64,000 nt of DNA from Adineta vaga. Lineage: Eukaryota; Animalia; Rotifera. Location: assembly GCA_021613535.1 (NCBI GenBank), contig CP075497.1, positions 7,316,001 to 7,380,000 of the forward strand. The letters run 5' to 3'. Below are positions 1 to 11,878 of the stretch, piece by piece. Below the pieces are notes generated by a model. It worked only from the letters and a program-made list of their open reading frames with translations, did not search any database and was not told the DNA's origin. Each line of letters starts with the position of its first letter. Position 1 is the first letter of the stretch. The translations under genes were made by a program, and so were the position numbers.

Positions 1-1810
1 TATTGCGGATAAATCTCGTCGATTTATTTTAACATTTAATCTTCTTTTGCTTCTCGTTATTCTTTCAATTACAAGCTTATTTTTCTTACCACATATTAAA
101 TCTTATCATATTCAAGCAACTTTACATTCCATAAAATCCTCCGAATATATCTTAGATTTTTGTGCGAGTCAAGAAGTTGTTACTAAATGTTCATCAAGAT
201 CTGAATGTGGATGTTCCTATCAAGCTTTTTGTAAAACAATGAATGTTTCATTAAATTTTTCCTTTACTATGAATTCGTATACAACAGAACATCATTTTTA
301 TCAGAACGAACAGTTCATATGTGATATTAATTATCGAGTACCTATCAACAACAGTCTTCTGCGTAAGTTTAATTATCATATAAAGATAAATCCATAGCTG
401 AACTTTTTATTAAGATAATCACAATCTTTCGAAAATGAAATGTCGAATAACTTGTTCTATACCGTATTTTTGTCATGGATTACGTTATTCTAAACAAATG
501 ATATATATTATACTCTATTCTGTTTTGTATATCTTCGGTGCTAATCTTCTTTCAACAGATAATGCGTTGGCAACATCGATTGGCTTTGCTAGTTTACCTC
601 GTGCTGATCTATTTGGCAAACAACGTGTTTGGGGAACAATTGGTTTTGGCATTGCAGCATTTACGGCAAGTCGAATGTATGAATTTTTCCATAGTGAATA
701 TGTTTACATAATAATGTTTAATACGTTTGCTATATTAACAATTTTAATAACAATTTTCATACCAATACGAAAGATTGAGAAAACAAATGAGAAGAAAGAA
801 ACGAAATTTAATCTTTCAATGTTAATTCCATTATTGAAAAAAGTTGATGTTTTGATTTTTCTATCAATAGCATTCATTTGGGGAATGTGTTTTGGATGTC
901 TTCAACCGGTACGAACGAATGATTCACTTTTACACATTATTTTATGATCTGTTTTAGTATCTTGGATTATATATTGATGAAATTGCTCCATGTCATTCAC
1001 GTTCAATTATTGGTTGGATGTTATTGATATCTGCATCGTCAGAAGTGATTGCATTCTATGCTGCAAGAAGAGTTATTCGATTTTTTGGTAGTAATTTCTC
1101 ATGTATAATCATCTTCTTGGCATTCGCTATACGATTCAGTGGATATTATTTTCTTCCTAAACCGTTTTTTTACTTACCGATGGAAACAATGCATTTTTTT
1201 AATTTTGGTATACTTAATGTTTTGATTGCGGAAAGAGCTGATACAATCGGTATATGAAGAAATTCTTATTGATCAAAGTTTATCTCTTTGATTATTTATC
1301 CTAGCACCATCTGGACTTTCTGGGACACTTCAAGGAATTGCTCATGGGATTACACATGGTTTAGGTAATGATTAATCAAATATAGAAGATTTATTAGATA
1401 GTTTCAATTGAATTCTAATTAAAAAAGATTGATTTATCGCCTTTTTTATTATCTATCGTGCAATGAATACTAATCATTTCCATTAATAAAGCTCAATTTT
1501 TTTCATTTTCTAAATAGGTCGTGGATGTGGTTTACTCATTTCTTCCTTTATCTATATTGTTGTTCAACAGCGTCTTCTTTTTCTTATTTTTGCAATTATA
1601 AATCTAATTGCTGCCATTATTTATTCAATCTATTTCTTTCTCACCCGACAATCTTCAGGCAAGAATGTTTCGACATCAAAAAATGATAATACTGTTATCT
1701 TGGAAGCAGGTAATTTGATTTATTGATTAGAATAAGTCAATTTCAATCGATGTTTAGATCTTGAATGTTTACCATCATTACCGATGATAAAAGTGAATAA
1801 TGAACAGTAA
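1..1810 (+). CDS. MFSD6-like major facilitator superfamily transporter, copy 1 (5' end lies before the window; multi-exon)
   Basis: ORFs 47-397, 435-947 and 1018-1257 join through short GT-AG introns (e.g. 363-414). Contains the MFSD6-type motif FGKQRVWGTIGFG and the C-terminal half motifs (ASSEVIAF, METMHFFNFG, GLSGTLQGIAHG..GLGRGCG). Last exon ends with TAA at 1808-1810. Confidence 0.85.
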
Positions 1811-3497
1811 AGGCAAACAATTTCTTTTTTTAACCGTTAGATTTGACAAAGAAAAAGAACAGGTCAAAGAAATGAAATTTTTTATTAGTTTTATTTTATA
1901 TTTTATTCATTATGAAAAAAGAAAATCTTTGAATGCAACATTATCCTTGAATAAAAAATGAGGAGGTTATAAGTGTTAGTTTTCATTTATTTAAACAGTT
2001 GATATTTATTCTCTTTCTTTCGTTCTAATATGATTATGTCGATTATGAAAAGAAATAAAGAGTACATTAATGTCTGAATATGTCGATGTTTTCTATGTGT
2101 ATTTGATTGCAAATGATCGACATTATAATTGAGGTATGAAAGATGTTAATATAATGTACTCGAACATCAATAGAATCGTTTTTTTTCTATGTAGATAATG
2201 AGAGTATCGTGTTCTTGAAGCTTGATTTTTTTTCTTTCTCGTAGCGAAATGTAATTTAACTTTGAGTATTATTTATCTTAAAAATGTTATGAATTTTAAA
2301 AGGAAAATTAAAACGAGAAAAATTCTAGTTAAATATATACCTTTAAATAATTCAATTTGACAATATATATATATATATATTCTTCCGCTCGTTTTTTTTT
2401 GTTCTATGATGATGCGAGAAGTTAATCCTTTCTAGCAGACATGGAAGGAACAAATATAATGCAGTTGTGTATGCTTTTCCTCGTTTTTTTCTTCTTTCCT
2501 CTGTGTGTGCTTAGAGAGAAATGTTTGTCAAGAAAGAAAAAGTAACAAGGACATGTTCCGTTTCTATTTTTATTAGAAATTTTCAATCTAGCATCATGTC
2601 TATTATTTAGATATAGTTTTATGGAAATGACATTGAACCACTCATGAGAAAATTCTTAGTTCTATTTAATTATGACGAGAAAAGAAAAACTTATGTTCTA
2701 ATCAATATGAGATTTTTTTCCTTTCAGCAATAAATAATAGCAAGAGATTCTTGATCTATTACGAAGTATAGACTTTGGAGTCTTTCGTTCTCGAACTAGA
2801 GTCGAGAATAAAATAGCTTCTCAAATGTTCTTGAAAAAAAGATAAGAAATATCAGAAAACATTTTTCTAGTTCGCTTCTAAAGTTCACAATTGGTTTGAA
2901 TACTATCTTTTCTCGTTCTTTTTTTTATCTCAAGGCATAACTATGTGTGATGAGAGTATTATTAAAATGAGATTCTTTCTAATAGATAGATCGCTTTCGT
3001 CAGATTAGTATTTTTTTACACAATTATTATCTTAGTAAATGTTGAAAAAATGACCAAAGTAGAAAATGTCTACGTGCAAAACTTCGAAGGTCTAAACACA
3101 TTCATCATCTCATCATTCTCTTTTCTTATATCTAAAGAAAAGAATCGGTTTGAAGACGGTATCACGATGTCTGTTTTTTGAGAGAAGATTTTTTTCTTGT
3201 TTTTTGACCTTGATACTTCTTTTTTTCCTTTATAACCAGCGTATTACACAACGGTTGTTCTTTCCATCATATTCTTTCTTTTCTTCGAATAGAATAGAGA
3301 ATGACATAGAACGATCATTATTGTGCAACTTCTCATCATTACATTTTATGTTTTTTTTTATTCTAGTTTATGAATATGAGTTACAAGAGTAAATAATAAA
3401 CTATAAATAACAGGAAAAGAAGAAAAAAACGAGTTGATGTTACTAATATGAATTATTTTCTAGATGTAAAAATAACTGTGTTAAAATTCATACAAAC

Positions 3498-5569
3498 ATG
3501 GAATCTCCATCAATGTTGGCACCAACGGCACATGTCGTTGGTTCATCATCACCATTTGTTTCATTCGTTCATCGTGGTCATATTTTATTAAAGGCACATT
3601 ATTTTCTTTTTTTCTCAGCATTTGGTGTTATATATCCAATATTAAGTATTACGTTACGTAGTCGTGGTTTATCCAATACAGAAATCTCATATATTAATTT
3701 AATTATTCCATTTTTAGTCTTTTTTACCAATCCACTAGTAGGTTTCATTGCTGATCATTCGCGTCGTTATTTATCAACATTTAATATTATTCTTATGACA
3801 GTAACCATTTTATATGGTATTATGTTTCTTCTACCATCAATTAAAACTGAACACATTCGAGCAGAAATGACACGTGATCAATCATTAGGTCATGTATTAG
3901 ATTTTTGTGCGAGCCAAGAAGTTGCAACAAAATGTTCATCAAGATCAGAATGTGGATGTTCCTATAAAGCTAATTGTAGTACGAATAATGCTACACTTCA
4001 ATTTGGATTTACAATGAATGCAACAGATACTCGTCAAAGTTCTCATGAATCTATCGGCACAAGTGAACCATCGACTTGTGGAATTCAATATCGAGTACCG
4101 ATTAATAAATATATTCAAAATTTAAGTTATAATTTCCCATCAAATGTTGAAAGTACATCTTCATTAGCAATTTGTGAAATAACTTGTTCAGTAGCACATT
4201 TTTGTCATGGAAATCGTTATCCTCAACAAACACTATATCTTCTTCTCTATTCATTATTATTCATTATTGGTACAAATCTTCTTTCGAATACGATTACAAT
4301 TGGAGCATCAATTGGTTTTGCTAGTTTACCTCGTGCTGATATGTTTGGAAGACAACGTGTTTGGGGTACGATTGGTTTTGGTGTTTCAGCGCTTGCTGCT
4401 AGTCGTCTTTATGGATACTTTCAAAGTGAATTTGTCTACATAATTATGTTTTCAATAGCAGCATGTATATGTATTTGTGTGACATGTTTCATTCGAATTC
4501 AATCACAAAAACAAAAACGAAGTTCGGCTGGTTTAGAATCAGCTGCTGCTGAAGAAGTTGCACTTGACCAATCTACAAAAAATTCTACACAAGAGACAAC
4601 AAAGACGAAATTATCACAATCTGGCTTGCCAGCACTTATTCCATTATTGAAAAGAGTTGATGTTATTGTTTTTCTGTCGCTTACATTCATTTGGGGAATG
4701 TCTTATGCAGGTCTTGATCCGGTAAGTTACTTTCACTAAAACAAACAAATTAAAACATACACTCATTATTTTAGTATGTTTATTTATACATCGATGAAAT
4801 TTCTCCATGTCAATCTCGTTCCATTGTTGGTTATATGTCATTTATATCTGCGTCTGCAGAAATTCTTGCTCTTTTTCTTGCGGGCAGAATGCTCAAACTC
4901 TTGGGAACAAATATTAATTCCATAATAATTCTCATCGCTTTTGCAATTCGATTCGCTGGTTATTATTATATTCGTCGACCATACTTTCTTTTATTCATGG
5001 AAACAATGCATTACTTTAATTTTGGTATTCTCTATATACTTATCGCTCAAAAAGCTGATGCAATTGGTAAATTAAAAAATCTTTTTTTTCTTTGGATTTT
5101 TAAAGAGAATTTCTGATTTTTTTAAAATGTTTTATAGCACCACCAGGACTTGCCGGTACACTTCAAGGTGTTGTCTATGGCCTTTCATTTGGTTTAGGTA
5201 AGAAATTTGAAATTGTGATCTATAAAATAATATTTGAAATATATAATTCCTTTCATGTAGGTCGTGGGGTTGGTTTAATTGTTTCATCATATATTTACAC
5301 ACGTCTACCACCAAGAACTCTCTTTTTATTCTTTGCATGTTTTAACGCAACAGCTGCTATTATTTATAGTCTACTTTTTTTCATTCTGAAAAAACGATCA
5401 CAGAAAAAAGATGTTAGAACAAATTTCACCGCTAACGTGCCAAAAATCGTCATTGATTCAGGTAGATATCTTTATGGAGTGCATTTCATTTGATATCACT
5501 TTCTTTTTCTCTTTAGATACGAGTGTCCATGAAGATCCATTTTTAGTCCCAGCATCAGCATCATCATAA
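3498..5569 (+). CDS. MFSD6-like MFS transporter, copy 2 (tandem paralog; multi-exon)
   Basis: N-terminal LKAHYFLFFSAFG..P.LSI...SRGLS, then GFIADHSRRY, FGRQRVWGTIGFG and GLAGTLQGVVYG..GRGVG. Five introns after 4721. First in-frame stop is TAA at 5567-5569. Confidence 0.88.
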
Positions 5570-6416
5570 TCATCACAAATTAAAACAGACAATCGAATTA
5601 ATGAATAGTAGAAGACAAACGAAATTCCGTTTCGTCCAATATGACAAAAAAGGGAAATTTTCTGAATTCAGATATTTCGATACAGTGATGGCGAGAAATA
5701 AAAATAGTGTTTTTATCCTTTTTCTTTTTCTTCTTTTTCTTTTCATGTTTTGTTATTTGCTTTTTACTCTATTTTCTTCAGTGGATGTTATATCTGTGTT
5801 ATTCCAATCTCATGACTATAACAGAAAAATGAACAAAAAAAACAAACAAACAATTGCAAGAGGCATTTTATTAGTGATATCTTAGAAGTTTTGTCTTTTG
5901 GCTTTTCTTTTTTTTTATGAATAAACTTTTTTCAGCTCATCATCAATGATTTACGTCATTTCGAGCGATAAAATGTTAAGAGAGATAATCTCTCTTCGTG
6001 ATCAAAGCAGATTTTTACACGATCATAAATAAGATATACAGTTAAGTTGTTATGACTGTAATATTTAAAAAGAAGTTTTGATGGAATAGATTGATATGAC
6101 AAAAGTAAAGTTAGTAAAGATAGTAGATACAAAGTATTGATAAACTTTTTGAAGAAGAGAAACAATTCTAATCGTGAAATTTAAGTTTTAAATATTCAAT
6201 TTTGGGGTAAAATCTTTACATAGATTTATTTATATTGATATTTTCCACGTGGAAAAACAATGATACTATGTGCACATCACAAACAAATTCAACTATAATA
6301 TTCGTACCTGTTCTTATCGCATTATTATGCCCATTTTCTTGAATATCGTTTGATATTATCCAATATTCCTTTCCATTTTAGCACTAAGCTTTCTTTCAAT
6401 TGTTTATTATGGTCTT

Positions 6417-7670
6417 TCATTTTTTGCTAATTGTACGAAAATCTGTTGTTTTCAGTTTCTGAATTAGATCATCCGTTGATTCATAATAGGTAATATGTGG
6501 CCATTGATAGAAATCTGAAAAATTCAACCAGTAACGAATTGATGTTCGATCATGATCATTATTTGGATCTGGAACATCTGATAAAACACCACGAATGCGT
6601 GAACCATCAGGTATATCATTATGCAAAGCTTGATCCCACGTTTTTTCATTGACTACATTGTATTCGAAATGCCATTGTGTTAGAAGATCAAGTGATGGAA
6701 AGAGGAGTGGTATATTCATACGATATTGTTCGAATAAACTCATTACTGAAACTTGATATGGAACATGAATGATAGCGGGATGACTAGCTAAATCCGAATA
6801 TTCATAATTAGGATAGATTTTTCTAATAGGGACAATTTCTATTTCATGCTCTTGATGTGATTGCAAAGATTTCTTAATCAATGCTCGAAAGTAGGTATCG
6901 AATTCGGATTCATGAATAGGTGCAACTAAAAATTCTTTTCTTGTTGGATTATAATCAACATTAGTATAGTCACATAAACTTGGTAGCAGTGTAACATTCA
7001 GTCCAGTAAAATAACGAATATATTCGACATCATATAGATTATTTGCAGCAATGATATTCTTTGGATCTTGTGCAATTTTCTTGAGATTATCGTTCAGTTT
7101 TGTCCATCTTGTTGGATCGAATCGCCAAAGTTCATAACGTGTCGAAGCAATAATGATGATAGTACGATTGAATGGCATGTAGAGTTCACACATGCCTACT
7201 GGATGAAAACAAACGAATGCATCGACAAGATTCATTTCTGGTTGATCTTTATAGAAATCATAAAATTTTGAAGCAAGTTCTTCGGATGGATTTACAGCAT
7301 TCTGTTGTGTTAATACACGAAGATGAGAATAACATGTCCTAGTTCGTTCACAACTATATGAAAGACTTTTATCGAAAAATTTGACTCCAAGTGGTATGAG
7401 TATAGTTTTCAAATCTTGAATAGGACTAGAAAATGAAGAATTCTTGTAAACATTGATCATGAAATTGGCATACCTTATATGAAAATCAGTACTCCAGATG
7501 GTGACTGAATCTTGGTATGACTGTAAATGTACTATTCGTATATATATTTGATAGCTGATTGCCTCCCAAGAAGATACAATATAGATAAGAACGGCCAAAA
7601 TGAATATTGTACAACTACAGATTCGACCAAGACAATAAGAGAAACGTCGTAATCTACGATAATTACGCAT
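6417..7670 (-). CDS. Type II membrane protein, putative glycosyltransferase-like (uncharacterised family)
   Basis: N-terminal basic tail plus a TM helix (CTIFILAVLIYIVSSW), then a globular domain with HVPYQVSVMSLFEQYRMNIPLLFP. There is an in-frame 48-nt intron at 7426-7473. A natural C-terminus continues in another frame to ~6325. The glycosyltransferase function is inference from topology and the GT-B-like motif. Confidence 0.6.
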   Translation of the reverse strand: MRNYRRLRRFSYCLGRICSCTIFILAVLIYIVSSWEAISYQIYIRIVHLQSYQDSVTIWSTDFHIRYANFMINVYKNSSFSSPIQDLKTILIPLGVKFFDKSLSYSCERTRTCYSHLRVLTQQNAVNPSEELASKFYDFYKDQPEMNLVDAFVCFHPVGMCELYMPFNRTIIIIASTRYELWRFDPTRWTKLNDNLKKIAQDPKNIIAANNLYDVEYIRYFTGLNVTLLPSLCDYTNVDYNPTRKEFLVAPIHESEFDTYFRALIKKSLQSHQEHEIEIVPIRKIYPNYEYSDLASHPAIIHVPYQVSVMSLFEQYRMNIPLLFPSLDLLTQWHFEYNVVNEKTWDQALHNDIPDGSRIRGVLSDVPDPNNDHDRTSIRYWLNFSDFYQWPHITYYESTDDLIQKLKTTDFRTISKK

Positions 7671-7771
7671 AAGTCGAGTGAAGGTGCGAAAGATACAGAT
7701 GACAAATTCAGACTATGAAAAAAGAACATTTTCTTTCAATATAATTCTCATTAATATAGCGAAAGAAAGTA

Positions 7772-7910
7772 CTCCTCCTCAAGGATAAAAAAACTCAGTT
7801 TTGAGTTTACATTTTAAACTGTGCACGGAAATAGGCTTTGCTGAGAGTAGTTTATTGTAAAAGTTTCAAATCAAAACTAGAAACTCATTTTTTTCTATCC
7901 TTCAGGGGAA
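7772..7910. mobile_element. MITE-like element with imperfect ~35-bp terminal inverted repeats
   Basis: Left arm ctcctcaaggataaaaaaactcagttttgagttt matches the reverse complement of the right arm (cccctgaaggatagaaaaaaatgagtttctagttt). Non-coding, about 140 bp. Confidence 0.45.
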
Positions 7911-9671
7911 TCATAGTCATCTACCCAATTGACAATATTATAAAAATGTAGTATCTCGACGGCAGTAAGCTAGAGGCACGAACTCGTTTAAGAGTATTCA
8001 TAGCTCATTAGGTAAACACAATGCATATGGTCCCGACTCAAAAGTTATTTGACAGTTGGTGCTCCCCCCCCCCCTCAAGAGTATACACACACATGCCTAA
8101 GATGATGAAAGATACAAAAGATGATTCATAGTCAATCAGAAACTTACACAAAATTTAGTTTCTATAGCGTTTATAGTTCTTTGTTACATATCTATTGAAA
8201 TTCATCTATCTTCATACTATATAATTTTCAAATCATTGATACAATACCAAAGATTTATTTGACAAAAGAGGTGTTTATCGAACTAAAGAAAATAAGCAAC
8301 CAAACCGTATTCTTTTTCATATTATTTGCATTTTCATCTGCGATATCAGTCATTTAACTGTAACGAACTTACAAAAAGTCTTGAGTATTTCATAGTATAA
8401 ATAATACAAGAACTACGATGAAAATTTAAAAGCAAGACAATAATCATAAAGAGAAAAAAGCTACGAATCTTTTTCTTTTTCGTTCTTGACAAAATAAAAG
8501 AGAATTGTTTATTTAAATCATATGCATACTTATACAACAAATATCATTCCGTTTTCAATTTTTTCAGTTGTCATGGTACTTTTACTTTTCTCTTCTACTA
8601 TCTCGTTCAGCATAGAACTCAAATAATGAAATGAAAAGAATTCAAAAGGAAGAAACAGACATTGATACAGAGCTGACTTTTATGTACTTATCTTTCACTG
8701 GAACAGTCTTTTTAGTTTACAAAAGAGAAAAAATGATATTTCAATACTTCGAAGTATATGAGAAAAAAACAATACGTTTAATGTCAACTCGAGAAGAAAA
8801 AGAGAAAAAAGAATAAGAATGAAGATAAAATTTTTTTAAATAAAAAGTATAGGAGTAAAGCAAGTGAGAATTATATTATTGACGACAATATGAGATCGGA
8901 TGTTTAGTAATCAATCTGAATTAGCGTGGAGAGGTAATAAAAAATATTCAACAATTCGAAATAAAGAATTTTATCAGATTGTTGAGCACCTTAAGCACAT
9001 GGAATGATGGATTCGTTTGCATAAAATAAAATGGCTTCAATTATGAATATCGGGTAGATAAATCATTTGTGACATTACATGAAGATATATAACAATCCAT
9101 GCGAATGTTTGCTCGTTCGTCGAGCGACTACCTTTTATTTGGATATAGATAGAATGACTATTTAACTAGTGTAATATACGTATATATTTACATTTGAAAA
9201 CAAAGAAAAGAAGAAGAAAGGATACATCGATACAATAGTAAATAATACATATCTTTATCTCATTAAGAGGGAACAATGATAGATCATAGGGTATATTAAT
9301 GACGTTTTATTTGTTTTCATTAACTTAAGATTATGTAGTAATAGTAACAGAAAATAGATAAGATATTTGCAAATTTATTGAGTAAAATGAAACTTCTCTA
9401 TCGAATAGAATTCGTCTAGTAATCATTTTCAGTTTAATTTCAACTATATATATATATATATATTTGTTGAAAAAAGACTATTACAGTTGACATTCGAAAG
9501 GTACGAACGGCAAAGAGAGAAAGAAAAGAAACCAATGTACCATTCATTAGTTGGTAAGCAAGGTGACTAATCATTGTTGTTCGAATGATGATGCAGATGA
9601 TAAGTGTTATCTATAAAACTGTGCTACTTTCCTTCACAATCGAATATCATATCGTTGTTATTTAATAATAC

Positions 9672-11558
9672 ATGGCTTTTTCTAATAATAAACAAGTTTT
9701 TGAATTAAACGCTGATTATTCTCTTGCATTAAAAGATGATTCAATGGAATATCTTAAAATGGAACTTTATCATAATCAAACATTGATTTCTCATGTTTCA
9801 TTAAATGATAACCAATGCTCGATGACTACACATTACTTGTGTGATGGAAGAAAAGAATTCTATGATTTGTTAATTGATTTACTCGGTACAACAGAATCTA
9901 GTATTCGATCTATTGATTCGAAATATTTGGAAATAGCATGTAACGTACATTTTGGTAGTCAGAAAACGTTTACTAAATTAAAGATATTTAAAATACAATT
10001 TATCTGTATTTCTCCTATGAATAATGACCAAAAAGATGAAGTTTCTCTGGATCCATCGAATTGGAATGATGTTCGTTCGTTAGGTCATCGAATTATGGAT
10101 GATATGATCGATTATTTACGTGATATTCGATTTCGACCTGTATGGCGTCAAATTCCATTAGAAATAAGGAGAACTATTGCAGACACTGATTTTCCTTTAC
10201 ATGGTCAATCAGCGTTAGAAGTATATGATGAAATATGTTCAAATGTACTTCCTTATCCTGTCGGCAATATTCATCCACATTTTTGGGGTTATGTTCAAGG
10301 AACTGGTTCAACAATAGGTGCATTTGCAGAACTAATCAGTGGAACAATGAATACAATGTCATGGGGCGGTCATCAATCGAGTATTTACATTGAACGACAA
10401 GTCTTATCATGGTTAAAAGTATTAATGGATTTTCCTAATGATGACACAAGTTCAGGTGTTTTAGTAAGTGGAACATCAGTTGCAACAATTATAGCAATGG
10501 CTATAGCTAGGAAAAAGTTTTCTAATCGAATAATGAAAGTCTATTGTACTAAAGAAACACATAGTTGTATTATGCGGGCATTAGATCTATTAAATATTGG
10601 CAAAGAAAATTTAATATTTATTCCAACTAATTCCGAACGACAGATCGATTTGAAGGTATAGTAAACAACTGCTTAGTCAACAGAATAATTCTATTTTCAT
10701 TCATTTTAGATTTTGGAAACAACGATTGATCCTCATTCATGCGGTTTCATTGTTGGTAGTGCAGGTACAGCTGGTACTGGTGCTATTGATGATCTTCAAG
10801 GTATAGCTACTATATGTATGAAGAGATCACATGATCTTTGGTTTCATATTGATGGTGCTATTGGAGCAGTAGCTCGTTGTTCCAAACGTCTCCGTTTATT
10901 ATTGAAAGGTTTTGAACATGCAGATTCAGTTGCATTTGATTTGCATAAATGGCTTTTTGTTCCATATGAATGTGGTTGTATTCTCATACGTGATGGTCAA
11001 TTACATAAATCAACATTTAGTCAACCACCTGCTTCCTATTTAACGTTAATGAATGGTGGAATAACGCCGAGTGAAGGTGAAGTCTTTTTTAGTGATTATG
11101 GTTTAGAATTATCTCGAAGTATGAAATCATTAAAAGTTTGGATGACATTAAAAACATATGGTATCGAAACATTTGGACAAATTATGGAACAAAATGTTGA
11201 TCAAGTGAAATATTTTACACAATTACTTCAACAACATTCGAATCAATTTCAAATCTTAGTAACAGGTCCTTTAAATATCGTTTGTTTTCGATATATTGCA
11301 TCTCAATCAAATATGATTGATTTGGAATTGTTGAATCGGTTCAATAGACAATTGTTGGTTACGATTCAAGAACGTGGTATTGCTGTGGTATCACCAATTG
11401 TATTTGATAGCGAGATATTTGGATTGCGAATGTGTATTACTAATCATCGTACGAAAATGTTTGATATGGATAGATTTATGACACAATTAATTGAATTGAC
11501 TAATGAATTTTTGAATTTAGAAGAGTATTTATCTATACAAAAGTTTATTTCGAATTAA
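9672..11558 (+). CDS. Group II PLP-dependent amino-acid decarboxylase (bacterial-type aromatic/DABA decarboxylase-like) with an N-terminal extension
   Basis: Two exons separated by intron 10656-10709. Motifs: HPHFWGYV, SGVLVSGTSVA, GTAGTGAIDDL, WFHIDGAIG, AFDLHKW (PLP lysine), PYECGC, ELSRSMKSLKVW, LRMCITNHRT. Confidence 0.92.
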
Positions 11559-11878
11559 AGAAATGAATAAACTAGATGTATTGTTATTTTCCTATTTCAC
11601 ATCAATGAGAAAAAGATCTTATCGCGCGTTTCACTATTTTATTTTCATAAATCATCTTTCACTATCTATTTTTTTCACAACTACGAAATGTTTTTTTTAG
11701 TTTGACGAGATGCTTACTTGGTAGGAGATAGATGGCGAGATCGAGTCATTTAATTATCAACAAGACACCTTTATCAAATCAATTTCATGGATCAGAAAGA
11801 CTAGTTCCGACAACAAATGTGTCTTCCCTTGTATGAATTACTTTAATTCCATGTCCTTAGTTTTACTGTTTTTTAATA

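Noticed and set aside
3150-3392. Short Phe/Leu-rich ORFs (also 5601, 5956, 8346, 17928, 28791, 29015, 35466, 56141, 60715)
   Set aside because: They reflect T-rich UTR or intergenic composition, have no motifs, and several overlap the 3' UTRs of real genes.
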